A DNA stretch of 64,000 nucleotides, taken from Macrostomum lignano. Its lineage: Eukaryota. Positions 38,004 through 50,742 of this stretch are shown here, piece by piece (the stretch's first letter is position 1; each line of letters opens with the position of its first letter). The notes under the pieces were generated by a model, which ran no database searches, was not told the origin of the DNA, and worked only from the letters and a program-made list of their open reading frames with translations. Both the position numbers and the translations under genes were made by a program. The stretch is taken from positions 310,001-374,000 of the forward strand of contig NIVC01000424.1 in NCBI GenBank assembly GCA_002269645.1. The letters run 5' to 3'.

Positions 38004-40122
38004 TTATAGCCAAACCAGCTCAAGGAACCAATAGTTAGAGTCTTCAGCAGTGGTACAGACCGGCAGTGACGGCCCAGCTCCGCAGGCATTAAGAAAGCAG
38101 GTCTTGCCAAACGAATCAAAATCGACAGATCCGCATCCGGCAGTGCGAGAGCAGTTGGCCAAACAGTCCGTCAGATTGTCAACAAAATATGGACCGCCAA
38201 CAAGATTGTAGCCAGGTGCGTAGCGACCAGCTTGGCCTAGGTAAACCTTGGCAGATTGCTGAGGGATTTATAGTTTTTAAGTTTCTTGTTACTATTACAA
38301 AAACTGTCTATCTTAGGGGGTTCATGGCAAGCTTTTTAACTCAAAAAGTCAGATGCAGAATCTAGCGCATGACTGCAGACCAGAGAAAGGGTGAAGAGAG
38401 AAGGGAGAGAAGGGAGAAATAAGGGAGAGATAATGGAGAGGAGAGAAGAGAGAGGAGAGAACGGAGAGGAGAGAACGAATAGGAGAGGAGAGAAGGAAAT
38501 GGAATGAAGGGAGAGGAGAGAAGGGAGGGGAGAGGAGAGGAGAGGAGAGGAGAGGAGAGGAGAGGAGAGGAGAGGAGAGAAGGGAGAGGAGAGAACGGAG
38601 AGGAGAGAACGAATAGGAGAGGAGAGAAGGAAATGGAATGAAGGGAGAGGAGAGAAGGGAGGGGAGAGGAGAGGAGAGGAGAGGAGAGGAGAGGAGAGGA
38701 GAGGAGAGGAGAGAAGGGAGAGGAGAGAACGGAGAGGAGAGAACGAATAGGAGAGGAGAGAAGGAAATGGAATGAAGGGAGAGGAGAGAAGGGAGGGGAG
38801 AGGAGAGGAGAGGAGAGGAGAGGAGAGGAGAGGAGAGGAGAGAAGGGAGAGGAGAGAACGGAGAGGAGAGAACGAATAGGAGAGGAGAGAAGGAAATGGA
38901 ATGAAGGGAGAGGAGAGAAGGGAGGGGAGAGGAGAGGAGAGGAGAGGAGAGGAGAGGAGAGAAGGGAGAGGAGAGGAGGCAGAGGAGAGGAGAGGAGAGA
39001 AGAGAGAGGAGAGGAGAGGAGAGAAGGGAGAGGAGAGGAGATGAGAGAAGGGAGAGGAGAGGAGAGGAGAGGAGAGGAGAGGAGAGGAGAAGGGAGAGGG
39101 GAGAAGGAAGAGAGGAGGTAGAGGAGAGGAGAGGAGAGAAGGGAGAGGAGAGGAGAGGAGAGGAGAGAAGGGAGAGGAGAGGAGAGGAGAAGGGAGAGGA
39201 GAGGAGAGGAGAGAGGAGAGAAGGGCCGAGAGAAGAGTGAAGCCCTATTCACTGCTAAGCGTGCGCATTTCTAGACCTACGCTGGTTGATTTGTATGGAT
39301 CCATATGCAAAACAGCTCAGTGGTAAACGCGTCAGACTTCTCGCGCCAAGACCCCTGGTTCGATTCCGTGCGCGGCCCATTCATTTGGGGCTTGTTTGCA
39401 TGAAGATTAGCCAGAGTGAATTGGGCTGCGTGCAATTCACTGCACCCATGAGGGCCAAGCCCCCAGGGCGCAGAGAGTGAACATGCCTGACGATTAGAAG
39501 GTCAACAAAGGGCCGCTGTAACCTAGCAATCAGGCCGGTTAAGCCATGGCATAAAGGCAGGGCTTCGATGCCAAAGCTCACAGGGGATGATGATATCTTA
39601 GGCTATAGATAGCAGGCTGTCAAGGCGGATGCTGTTTTTCTTTAAGCATCAATTTCCTTAAGAAATTAACCAGAGTGATCGGAACAGCTACATATAGTCG
39701 AAGCTTCAATTAAACATGTAGCAATTATTTACCTTAACGAACACGGAACACATCGATCGATTTCTGCTACTAGGAGGAGCGAGCAAAAACTTGTTGTACC
39801 CGGTTGACTCGACGCGTTTAGCCGCATCAATCAGACAGTTTGCATGAGGAGTTGCAGCGATGGCGGACGCTGCCGCCGGCAGCTGATCAAATGCGTCATC
39901 GTTACACGCTAGAAAAAAATCGCAGTCTAGCTTCGAAGCGCAGGCGCTGGCGCAATAAGCCGTAACTGCAGCCGCCCTGCCGGATAATTTGTGCTCTTCA
40001 ACTGCGGAACTGGTACACTGAATGAACTGCTCAACTCGCGTGCTACCGCTGATTTTAATCAGCAGCAGTAGCACAAGCCATGTAACACATGATTTAAAGT
40101 TGTACATGCAGATTTTCGTCAT
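38004..40122 (-). CDS. Secreted protein with two PAN/Apple-like domains, ~214 aa; exons 40122-39733, 38258-38004
   Basis: Signal-peptide-like N-terminus (VTWLVLLLLIKISG); CASACASKLDCDFF; exon 2 (phase 0, AAG|GTAAAT to CTCAG|CAA) encodes DCLANCSRTAGCGSVDFDSFGKTCFLN, the classic PAN Cys pattern. Confidence 0.8.
38385..39240. repeat. GA-rich (GAGAG/GGAGA) array in the PAN-gene intron, flanked by the MITE motif CTAGCGCATGACTGC
   Basis: Direct reading. Confidence 0.88.
39310..39490 (+). mobile_element. tRNA-derived SINE family B copy in the PAN-gene intron
   Basis: AGCTCAGTGGTAAA A-box and GGTTCGATTCC B-box; tail GGGCCAAGCCCCCAGGGCGCAG...CATGCC. No complete cloverleaf. Confidence 0.6.
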
Positions 40123-40174
40123 CTTGGCCCGGTAGGGAAACTGTCTAAAACAAAGGATGTTTTTAATGACTGTC

Positions 40175-41910
40175 TAACAGGTGACACTAACAGGTGACAC
40201 TATCTAGGTGACACTAATACAGGTGACACTAATACAGGTGACACTAATGCAGGTGACACTAATGCAGGTGACACTAACAGGTGACACTAATACAGGTGAC
40301 ACTAATACAGGTGACACTAATGCAGGTGACACTTACAGGTGACACTAATACAGGTGACACTAATGCAGGTGACACTAATACAGGTGACACTAATGCAGGT
40401 GACACTAACAGGTGACACTAATGCAGGTGACACTAATGCAGGTGACACTAATACAGGTGACACTAATGCAGGTGACACTAATACAGGTGACACTAATGCA
40501 GGTGACACTAATGCAGGTGACACTAATGCAGGTGACACTAATGCAGGTGACACTAATGCAGGTGACACTAATGCAGGTGACACTAACAGGTGACACTAAC
40601 AGGTGACACTAATGCAGGTGACACTAATACAGGTGACACTAACAGGTGACACTAATGCAGGTGACACTAATGCAGGTGACACTAATACAGGTGACACTAA
40701 TGCAGGTGACACTAATACAGGTGACACTAATGCAGGTGACACTAACAGGTGACACTAATGCAGGTGACACTAATGCAGGTGACACTAATACAGGTGACAC
40801 TAATGCAGGTGACACTAATACAGGTGACACTAATGCAGGTGACACTAATGCAGGTGACACTAATGCAGGTGACACTAATGCAGGTGACACTAATGCAGGT
40901 GACACTAACAGGTGACACTAACAGGTGACACTAATGCAGGTGACACTAATACAGGTGACACTAATGCAGGTGACACTAATACAGGTGACACTAACAGGTG
41001 ACACTAATGCAGGTGACACTAATGCAGGTGACACTAATACAGGTGACACTAATGCAGGTGACACTAATGCAGGTGACACTAATGCAGGTGACACTAATGC
41101 AGGTGACACTAACAGGTGACACTAATGCAGGTGACACTAATACAGGTGACACTAATGCAGGTGACACTAATGCAGGTGACACTAATGCAGGTGACACTAA
41201 TGCAGGTGACACTAATGCAGGTGACACTAATGCAGGTGACACTAATGCAGGTGACACTAATGCAGGTGACACTAACAGGTGACACTAATGCAGGTGACAC
41301 TAACAGGTGACACTAATGCAGGTGACACTAACAGGTGACACTAATACAGGTGACACTAATACAGGTGACACTTACAGGTGACACTAATACAGGTGACACT
41401 AATGCAGGTGACACTAATGCAGGTGACACTAATGCAGGTGACACTAATGCAGGTGACACTAATGCAGGTGACACTAATGCAGGTGACACTAATGCAGGTG
41501 ACACTAATACAGGTGACACTAATGCAGGTGACACTAATGCAGGTGACACTAATGCAGGTGACACTAATGCAGGTGACACTAATGCAGGTGACACTAATAC
41601 AGGTGACACTAATGCAGGTGACACTAATGCAGGTGACACTAATGCAGGTGACACTAATGCAGGTGACACTAATGCAGGTGACACTAACAGGTGACACTAA
41701 TGCAGGTGACACTAATGCAGGTGACACTAATGCAGGTGACACTAATACAGGTGACACTAATGCAGGTGACACTAATGCAGGTGACACTAATACAGGTGAC
41801 ACTAATGCAGGTGACACTAATGCAGGTGACACTGTCTACATGTAACGGTGACACTATCCAACAGGTGACACTAACAGGTGACACTAACAGGTGACACTAA
41901 CAGGTGACAC
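40175..41910. repeat. 15/13-bp minisatellite (CAGGTGACACTAATG)n
   Basis: Direct reading. Confidence 0.95.
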
Positions 41911-42949
41911 TATCTAATTCAGTAATTCCTTACCTTGGGGTTTCTATAGGGGCTTCGCGGCCTATTCGCGGCGCCTGCGCCCCCCGCCAGTAGTAAGTAG
42001 TAAGACACAATCTAACAGGTGACACTATATCCAACAGGTGGCACTATCTAACATGTGACACTAACAGGTGACAACAACAGGTGACACTGTCTAACAGTAT
42101 ATACAAAACAATAATTTTGACAAACTGAATGAAAATGACTCACCGTTTTGCTAACAGATAGAATCAGAGAATCAGACAATGATATAAATGTTCAAGAAGC
42201 CACGGATTCTATTTTACACTCTGGTGGGGAACTCCTACCTTAAATCTTGCTTGGACAGAGTTGGTTCAGCAACGCAAATACAGATTTCGATAAAGCAAAG
42301 AAAACATCTTGACCGAGAAAGAGCGAGGAAATTGGGAAATTGGGCAACGCGTTTCCCGCAGAAGCGAAAGCGTGACTAAGAATTTGTAGACAATAAATTT
42401 CCCTTGACGAAGTGGTTGAACTATTTTGGCCAGTAAATATTTATTCAGCAGCAGAGTGCAATCGACAAAGTTTCTGATTAAATATTTCTTTTTACTTTTG
42501 CGAGCAAATTATGGAACAGTCGAAATTCCGCACTAATCACTTTACTCTGATTCTTAATTACTTCTGAATGTTCAGTTTGCAACATGAATAATTCAAAACC
42601 AATTACAGCTCCATAAGTTCGGACTGAGTTGGCATAAATTACTGAGCAATACAGAATTATTTATGTCTACAGGTGCGCCAATTGTAAACGAAAACTTCCT
42701 GAGTAATAATATATTTTTAATAGAAATCAGTTATTTAAAAAACTACTGGAAGTAGCAAATAAGGCGAATTTTATAAAAATAAACGACATTGGACGGATTT
42801 TAATGTTCGCTATGCAAAAGAATTTGCAGCCAATGAAAAAAATGTATCACAAAAACGAGTCACTAAACTGACAGAAACTGTGAATTCTGTTTACTAATAG
42901 CTACATTTGTAGATTAACTGTTATATTATATTTGGCTCCAGTATGAACT

Positions 42950-43830
42950 TGGATTGACCAATCTGTATATTGGATTGACCAATCTATAAGTTGGATTGAA
43001 CAATCTGTATATTAGACTGACCAATCTGTATATTGGATTGACCAATCTGTAAAATAGATTAACCACAATCTGTACATTAGATTAACCACAATCTGTACAG
43101 TAGATTAACCACAATCTGTACATTAGATTAACCACAATCTGTACATTAGATTAACCACAATCTGTACAGTAGATTAACCACAATCTGTACATTAGATTAA
43201 CCACAATCTGTACATTAGATTAACCACAATCTGTACATTAGATTAACCACAATCTGTACAGTAGATTAACCTCAATCTGTACATTAGATTAACCACAGTC
43301 TGTACATTAGATTAACCACAATCTGTACATTAGATTAACCACAATCTGTACATTAGATTAACCACAATCTGTACATTAGATTAACCACAATCTGTACAGT
43401 AGATTAACCACAATCTGTACATTAGATTAACCACAATCTGTACAGTAGATTAACCTCAATCTGTACATTAGATTAACCACAATCTGTACAGTAGATTAAC
43501 CACAATCTGTACATTAGATTAACCACAATCTGTACAGTAGATTAACCTCAATCTGTACATTAGATTAACCACAATCTGTACAGTAGATTAACCACAATCT
43601 GTACAGTAGATTAACCACAATCTGTACAGTAGATTAACCACAATCTGTACAGTAGATTAACCACGATCTGTACAGTAGATTAACCACAATCTGTACAGTA
43701 GATTAACCACAATCTGTACAGTAGATTAACCACGATCTGTACAGTAGATTAACCACAATCTGTACAGTAGATTAACCACAATCTGTACAGTAGATTAACC
43801 ACAATCTGTACATTAGATTAACCAATCTAT
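42950..43830. repeat. 23-bp minisatellite (TTAGATTAACCACAATCTGTACA)n
   Basis: Direct reading. Confidence 0.93.
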
Positions 43831-43874
43831 ACATTGGATTGAACAATCTATACATAAGTCTTGAACAGACAACG

Positions 43875-46080
43875 CTAGCCCTCTGGCGTCCATTCCAGCC
43901 GGCACAGTCGCCCAGTAACCTGGCAGTCTGACAGGACGCCGCCCTGCAGCCAGGCCACACCGGTGGCCGGACACACGCAGGCCACGGCACCAGCGACAGC
44001 CGCGTCCTGACTGGCCTGGCCGCAGTCGAATGCGGCGACACCGTCCAGCAGGACGAAGTGCGATGTCGGGCCCTTGTGGCGCCCGGTGAAAGTCTCGCCG
44101 CCGTACAGCAGAATCCGGCGACCGCCTGCGGCGAATGCCGAGTGGCCGCGACGGCCATTGCGACGGGGATCGCTTGGCCGGCACGGGATCGACTTTGAGT
44201 CCAGAACTGCCGCTGCGAATGAGGCTGCCGCGTGGCAGATTGGACCTGCGGAGGATGGGAGTGCTCAAAACTGAGATAATTGCTCACAGTTGGGCTAAAA
44301 AGTGCTCAAAACTGAGATAATTGCTCACAGTTGGGCTAAAAAGTGCTCAAAACTGAGATAATTGCTCAGAGTTCGCAACAAGTGCTCAAAACTAAGATAA
44401 TTGCTCAGAGTTCGGCAACAAGTGCTCAAAACTGAGATAATTACTCAGAGTTGGGAAACAAGTGCTCAAAACTGAGATAATTGCTCAGAGCTGGGCCAAG
44501 AAGTGCTCAAAACTGAGATAATTGCTCAGAGTTGGGCCAAGAAGTGCTCAAACTGAAATAATTGCTCAGAGCCAAAAAGTGCTCAAAACTGGGATACTGT
44601 AATTGCTCAGAGCTGGGCCAAGAAATGCTCAAAACTGAGATAATAAAAAACCACCCCCAGTCTCACTAGGCTTCACTCCGCGGAAGGCATGCACCTCGGT
44701 GAGCTGGTCGGCCCGACCGCCCGTCACCACCAGCCGGCCGCCGCTGGAGTCGCCGACCGTGGCGTGGCCGCTGCGAGAGCCCACCACAATGCCCGGCTCA
44801 GCGTACTCGGACGTGGCTGGCCGGCTGGCCCGGCCGGACAGCAGGAAGGCGTTGCCAGATCGGCGCTGAGTTCGCAGCGAGCCCTCGCGACCGATCAACA
44901 GGGCGGCGAAGTTGTCGCTTCCGGTTCTGACATCGCCTCCGCCGACGCCTGAAGGAAAATTTCATAAAAATTGAGTTGAGTTGACCTGCAGCCAAGCGAG
45001 AAGGCGAGCAGTCATGGGTGGATGCTGTAGAAAAAGGAAAAGAAACGACTCTAAAACGGAAGTTTCACAAGCTCGAAGTGTGATAAGCTCGAAGTGTGAT
45101 AAGCTCGAAGTGTGATAAGCTCGAAGTGTGATAAGCTCGAAGTGTGATAAGTTCGAAGTGTGATAAGTTCGAAGTGTCACAAGCTCGAAGTATCACAACA
45201 AGCTCGAAGTGTCACAAGCTCGAAGTGTCACAAGCTCGAAGAGTGATAAGCTCGAAGTGTCACAAGTTCGAAGTGTCACAAGCTCGAAGTGTCACAAGCT
45301 CGAAGAGTGATAAGCTCGAAGTGTCACAAGTTCGAAGTGTCACAAGTTCGAAGTGTCACAACAAGCTCGAAGTGTCACAAGCTCGAAGTGTCACAACAAG
45401 CTCGAAGTGTGATAAGCTCGAAGTGTCACAAGCTCGAAGTGTCACAAGTTCGAAGTGTCACAAGCTCGAAGATTTACTAACTCAAACTCGTTCTAGTTTC
45501 AAAAGTGACTGGCAGATCTGTTCGAAAATGGTGAACTATTTTTAAGGTAAATTTCTAAAAAACCCACAGATAAACAAAGCGATGTACTTTTTCTCCGTCC
45601 TCCAGCATTAGCAGCTGTCGCAACAGCGGTCGCCGTATGACCACTCAAGCCGGCTCCACGAGGAAAATTGCCGGGCTGCAGGCCGACACAGATCCAACGG
45701 CACTCGGCTGTATCATAGCAGGACAAACCGCTTGTCCGCTGACGACCGTCCCAACCGCCTAGCAACAGGAGGTACCGGTTAGCAACTGTCAGGGAGGCGT
45801 GCCCGCTAAGCGCTGGAGACTCCGGCGTGGTCAGGTCGGTCCAGACTCCGCTGTCCAGCTGGCACCTGTGCAGCTGGTTGACTGGCGACTGGCCGCGGTA
45901 CTGGCTGACCCCGCCGTGGGTGTACAGGCAGCCCCCGATCACCTGGCCCGTGTGCTCGGCGACCCGGGGCCCTCCGGCGCTACCGATGGAGCGCCAGGTC
46001 AGGTGCAGCTGCACTGGCTGGGAATCCAGGCTGGAGCGCCGGGCTGCGGCCTGCCTTGCCGGTCTAGGTGGCGATGAGGA
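43875..46080 (-). CDS. KLHDC9: Kelch domain-containing protein 9-like; exons 46080-45588, 44948-44667, 44245-43875; ATG-bearing first exon not securely located
   Basis: LLLLGGWDGRQR, AGLSGHT, IGREGSLRTQRR, SRSGH and RGHS...LLYGGETF match KLHDC9 motifs; phase-1 junctions are consistent. There is no in-frame ATG after the 46081 acceptor; a weak candidate micro-exon lies at 46863-46850 (ATG ATA CTC|GTATAA). Confidence 0.8.
44261..44640. repeat. 41-bp minisatellite filling the last KLHDC9 intron
   Basis: GTGCTCAAAACTGAGATAATTGCTCAGAG... about 9 units. Confidence 0.9.
45065..45470. repeat. 16-bp minisatellite (AAGCTCGAAGTGT(GAT/CAC))n
   Basis: Direct reading. Confidence 0.9.
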
Positions 46081-46111
46081 CTGAAGAGGAATATGGGATG
46101 CGCTGGATGCG

Positions 46112-46141
46112 TCTGTCTGTCTGTCTGTCTGTCTGCCTGCC

Positions 46142-46220
<79 letters not shown>

Positions 46221-46281
46221 ATTAGTGTCTGTCTGTCTGTCTTAGTGTCTGTCTGTCTTAGTGTCTGTCTGTCTGCCTGCC

Positions 46282-46322
<41 letters not shown>

Positions 46323-46377
46323 GCCTGTCTGTCTGTCTGCTTGTCTCTCTGTCTGTCTTCCTGTTTGTCTGTCTGTG

Positions 46378-46414
<37 letters not shown>

Positions 46415-46627
46415 GCTTGTCTCTCTGTCTGTCTTCCTGTTTGTCTGTCTGTCTGTCTGCTTGTCTCTCTGTCTGTCCGTCTGTTTGTCTGTCTGGTTGT
46501 CTGTCTGTCTGTGTGTCTGTCTGTGTGTCTGTCTGTCTGTCTGTCTGCTTGTCTCTCTGTCTGTCTGTCTTCCTGTTTGTCTGTCTGTGTGTCTGTCTGT
46601 CTGTCTGTCTGTCTGTCTGCTTGTCTC

Positions 46628-46678
<51 letters not shown>

Positions 46679-46740
46679 GCCTGTCTGTCTTCCTGTTTAT
46701 CTGTCTGTCTTCCTGTTTGTCTGTCCGTCTGCCTGTCTTT
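46112..46740. repeat. (TCTG)n microsatellite; similar tracts at 50505-50820 and 54730-55420
   Basis: Direct reading. Confidence 0.93.
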
Positions 46741-47107
46741 TCCGCCCGTCTGTTCGCTTTCGTGTTTATCTAATACACAGTCGGCACAAGACGGCAGAAA
46801 TAGCACAGATTAGAACTCATGTAGATCGCATATGTATTGGCAGTTATACGAGTATCATACAGACTGTAGTTGAAACCAACGTAAGCTGCATGCCATACAT
46901 GTACAATATATTCAACAATTCAATCCAGCATTAATATATCTTAACAAAATCAAGATGGATAGGCAAGAAATAGATCAACAAATAAATAAATTGAATTAGA
47001 GTGCAATTCTAGTACTGTACAATGCATAACCTTGAGTCGCAACCACAATCTAGTTTTGCCAACGCTAAGATCTGCTACTGACGCAGACAATGATACTTGA
47101 AATACAA

Positions 47108-47268
47108 TAGGTGTCGGCAAAATTTTGTTTCCCAACGGCTCGATCGAGAACCTAACGCATGACTGGGGTCCAGAGTAGGGAAGGAGGGGAGAGAGGAGAG
47201 AGGAGAGGAGATAAGAGTGAAGAAAACGACAGAGATTACTAGAGATAAGTGAGTTTGCCGACCGCCTG
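47108..47268. mobile_element. Short hAT-type MITE with internal GAGAG tract
   Basis: TIRs TAGGTGTCGGCAAA / TTTGCCGACCGCCTG; flanks AAATACAA vs AAGTACAA (7/8 TSD match); internal AACCTAACGCATGACTG motif is shared with related copies. Confidence 0.7.
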
Positions 47269-47390
47269 AAGTACAATACTAACTATAAATAACCCGGCTT
47301 TACTTTCTGCAGTTAAATCCGGGCTCGTCAAATATAACCTTGTCATAAACAAAACAGACTACTAGTAATAGTAGTATCGTCAACTAATTG

Positions 47391-50300
47391 CTAGGAAAGA
47401 CCAAAAAACGCCTGACAAGCCCGATCTGGCAGCAGGGTGGTCACCAAAATTGGCTGGAATTTGTCAACTAGAGCAACAATCTGAGTCCGATGACGGCCCA
47501 GATGATGGGCCAGGTGCTCAATGTGACAGCTGCGCGAGCTGTCCAACTCCAGAAGATCAACAGCGTCGGCTAGAAGCTCCAGATCGGCCGGTTCAGACGA
47601 CTGAGGCAGTCGTTGAATTGTCAGCTGAACTGGCGGGCTGAGGCGGTCGCGCAGACGGGCTGGCAGCTGCGGCAGTCTGCGGTTGGTGGCGGGCACGAGA
47701 TGAGTGATTATTTTAATTATGTAGTTGCTATGGGCTGTACAAGGAAGTAACTATGGTAAATAAACAAAGGTCGTTCTTGTTCTGTACGAGAGGAGCGCTT
47801 GATATAAGCAAATACTGGTTGCTATGGTCGGCAGGAGTGGTTGCTATGGTCAGGAGTGGTTGCTATGGGCATTAGGAGTGGTTGCAATGGTCGGCAGGAG
47901 TGGTTGCTATGGGCGGTAGGAGTGGTTGCTATGGTCGGTAAGAGTAGTTGCTACGGCGGTATGACCGGGACTATAGACAGTGAAAAATAGTTGCCATGGC
48001 AACCAATGAACAGTGAAATATGGTTGCTATGGTGATCAATGAACAGTGAAATGTGGTTGCTATGGTGACACAATGAACAGTGAAATATGGTTCTATGGTG
48101 ACCAATGAACAGTGAAATATGGTTGCTATGGCAACCAATGAGCAGTGAAATATGGTTGCTATGGTGACCTATGAACAGTGAAATATGGTTGCTATGGCAA
48201 CCAATGAACAGTGAAATATGGTTGCTATGGCAACCAATGAGCAGTTACATATGGTTGCTACAAGAGATGATGCACTCAATCAACTAATTAAATTCAATAC
48301 AAAGTACTTACGGATTCGGCGACAAGCCATCGTCGATGCAGCCGAACGTGGCGTCGGCCACATCGACAGGATCCGGCAGAAAGGTGACGTATGTGTGCAG
48401 CTGAAGCAGCAGACGACGGCGGAGCAGCCAGGTGAGCAGTCCGAGTGGCAGGTCGGCGGCCTGCTCACGATCCCGCAAGTCGCCAAGAGGCGCGTGAAGG
48501 GAGAAAGCGGCCAGGACCTGGGGGGGGGGTAAAGATGGCGATATAACTGATGTGAATGGCGATATAACTGATGTGGATGGCGATATAACTGATGTGAATG
48601 GCGATCTAACTTATGTGAATGGCGATATAACTGATGTGAATGGCGATCTAACTTATGTGAATGGCGATCTAACTGATGTGAATGGCGATCTAAATTATGT
48701 GAATGGAGATTTAAATGATGTGAATGGCTGTCTAAATTACGTGAATGGCAATCTAAATAATGTGAACAGTGATCTAACTGATGTGAATAGCGATTTAAAT
48801 TACGTGAACGGTGATCTAAATGATGTGAATGGCGATCTAAATGATGTGAATGAAGATTAAAATATTGTGAACGACGATCTAACTAATGTGAATGGAGGTT
48901 TGGATACTGTGGATGGCGTTGTGAATGAAGAATATGAGAGATTATAGTGTTAGCAATAAACAAAATTAGTAAAATAATAACAATATTAATTAATTTTACC
49001 TCAGCCAGACTGGGCATGGACTGCGAATGACTGGAGCATTGGTTCTGATAGTCTGCCACAAGATCTGGACTCTCTTCTAGAAGTACATCTAATCTAGGGT
49101 TGAGCACGTACACGTTGGCGTCAGTTACGGGATGACAGATAATAGCACTACCCCAGCGCACCAGGTGCCTGGCGAACTCCAAAGCGACAGAGTAGGCCAT
49201 ATCAGTTTCCAGGCGAATATCTAATAAACTTTTCTGCGGCGACAAAGCGCGCAGGAAACGGGACATGAGCGGATTGCAATCCATTGGCAGGTGTGAGTAG
49301 GTTAAACCGCCATTTGCACCGGCTTCCAAAGGGTTGCTGCTGCTGCTGCTGTAGTCAGTCAGTGGCAGGACGCAGTGGTAAGGCTGCAGAGACATTAGAC
49401 AGGACTCCACTAGGCTTGGAAGAACATAGCATCTGCCTAAAATTATTTATTTTGGCGGATTTAACTACTCGTACTTAAAGTAGAAGTTTTTGCTACATTT
49501 TTTCAGAGGCAAAATTTCAGAACTGTCAAACCTTCTGAGTTTTGCTTTACAGACAAAATCTGAGACCACAAATACACTTCCGAGTGTTGCTTTAGAGACA
49601 AAATCTGAGACCACAAAGACACCTCTGCGTACTGCTTTAGAGACAAATTAGAGACAAAATCTGAGACCACAAAGACACCTCTGCGTACTGCTTTAGAGAC
49701 AAAATCTGAGACCACAGTGACACTTCCGAGTGTTGCTTTAGAGACAAAATCTGAGACCACAGTGACACTTCCGAGTGTTGCTTTAGAGACAAAATCTGAG
49801 ACCACAGTGACACTTCCGAGTGTTGCTTTAGAGACAAAATCTGAGACCACAGTGACACTTCCGAGTGTTGCTTTAGAGACAAAATCTGAGACCACAGTGA
49901 CACTTCCGAGTGTTGCTTTAGAGACAAAATCTGAGACCACAGTGACACTTTCGAGTGTTGCTTTAGAGACAAAATCTGAGACCACAGTGACACTTTCGAG
50001 TGTTGCTTTAGAGACAAAATCTGAGACCACAGTGACACTTTCGAGTGTTGCTTTAGAGACAAAATCTGAGACCACAGTGACACTTTCGAGTGTTGCTTTA
50101 GAGACAAAATCTGAGACCACAGTGACACTTTCGAGTGTTGCTTTAGAGACAAAATCTGAGACCACAGTGACACTTTCGAGTGTTGCTTTAGAGACAAAAT
50201 CTGAGACCACAGTGACACTTTCGAGTGTTGCTTTAGAGACAACAGCTGAGATCACAAATACAAGTCTTCTTTCGTAAACAATCGTAACTGAAAATAATTG

Positions 50301-50515
50301 ATTCAAGAAGGCACTGCGTAACCTGCCAATCGATGCATTTTGTGAGCCAAACAGAAGCTGATAGGAAGCCAACCGTTCAACCTCAGGCTGACTCGACCGC
50401 CGCGTCTCAGCTGACAGAATACCGAGGTGAGACTGCGGCACAGCTGGCTGCGTTCGTTTAGGCGGTCCAGTATTTGCTGCAGTGGAATTGCGAAGCAGTC
50501 GTCTGTTTGTGTCTG

Positions 50516-50556
<41 letters not shown>

Positions 50557-50559
50557 GAC

Positions 50560-50630
<71 letters not shown>

Positions 50631-50703
50631 GTGTCTGTCTGCGTGTCTGTCTGTCTGTCTGTCTGCGTGTCTGTCAGTCTGTCTGTCTGTGTGTCTGTCT
50701 GTG

Positions 50704-50742
<39 letters not shown>

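Noticed and set aside
39310-39375. tRNA gene candidates at 39310, 29083 and 28515
   Set aside because: A and B boxes are present but no complete acceptor stem is evident, and each continues into a shared SINE body.
40175-42060. AGGTGACACTA resembles the SP6 phage promoter (vector contamination)
   Set aside because: Only an 11-nt core matches within a native diverging satellite; there is no full ATTTAGGTGACACTATAG and no vector sequence.
44261-44640. 41-bp and 45-bp (49545-50250) repeats as possible CRISPR arrays
   Set aside because: Units are head-to-tail without unique spacers, lie in eukaryotic introns, and no cas genes are present.
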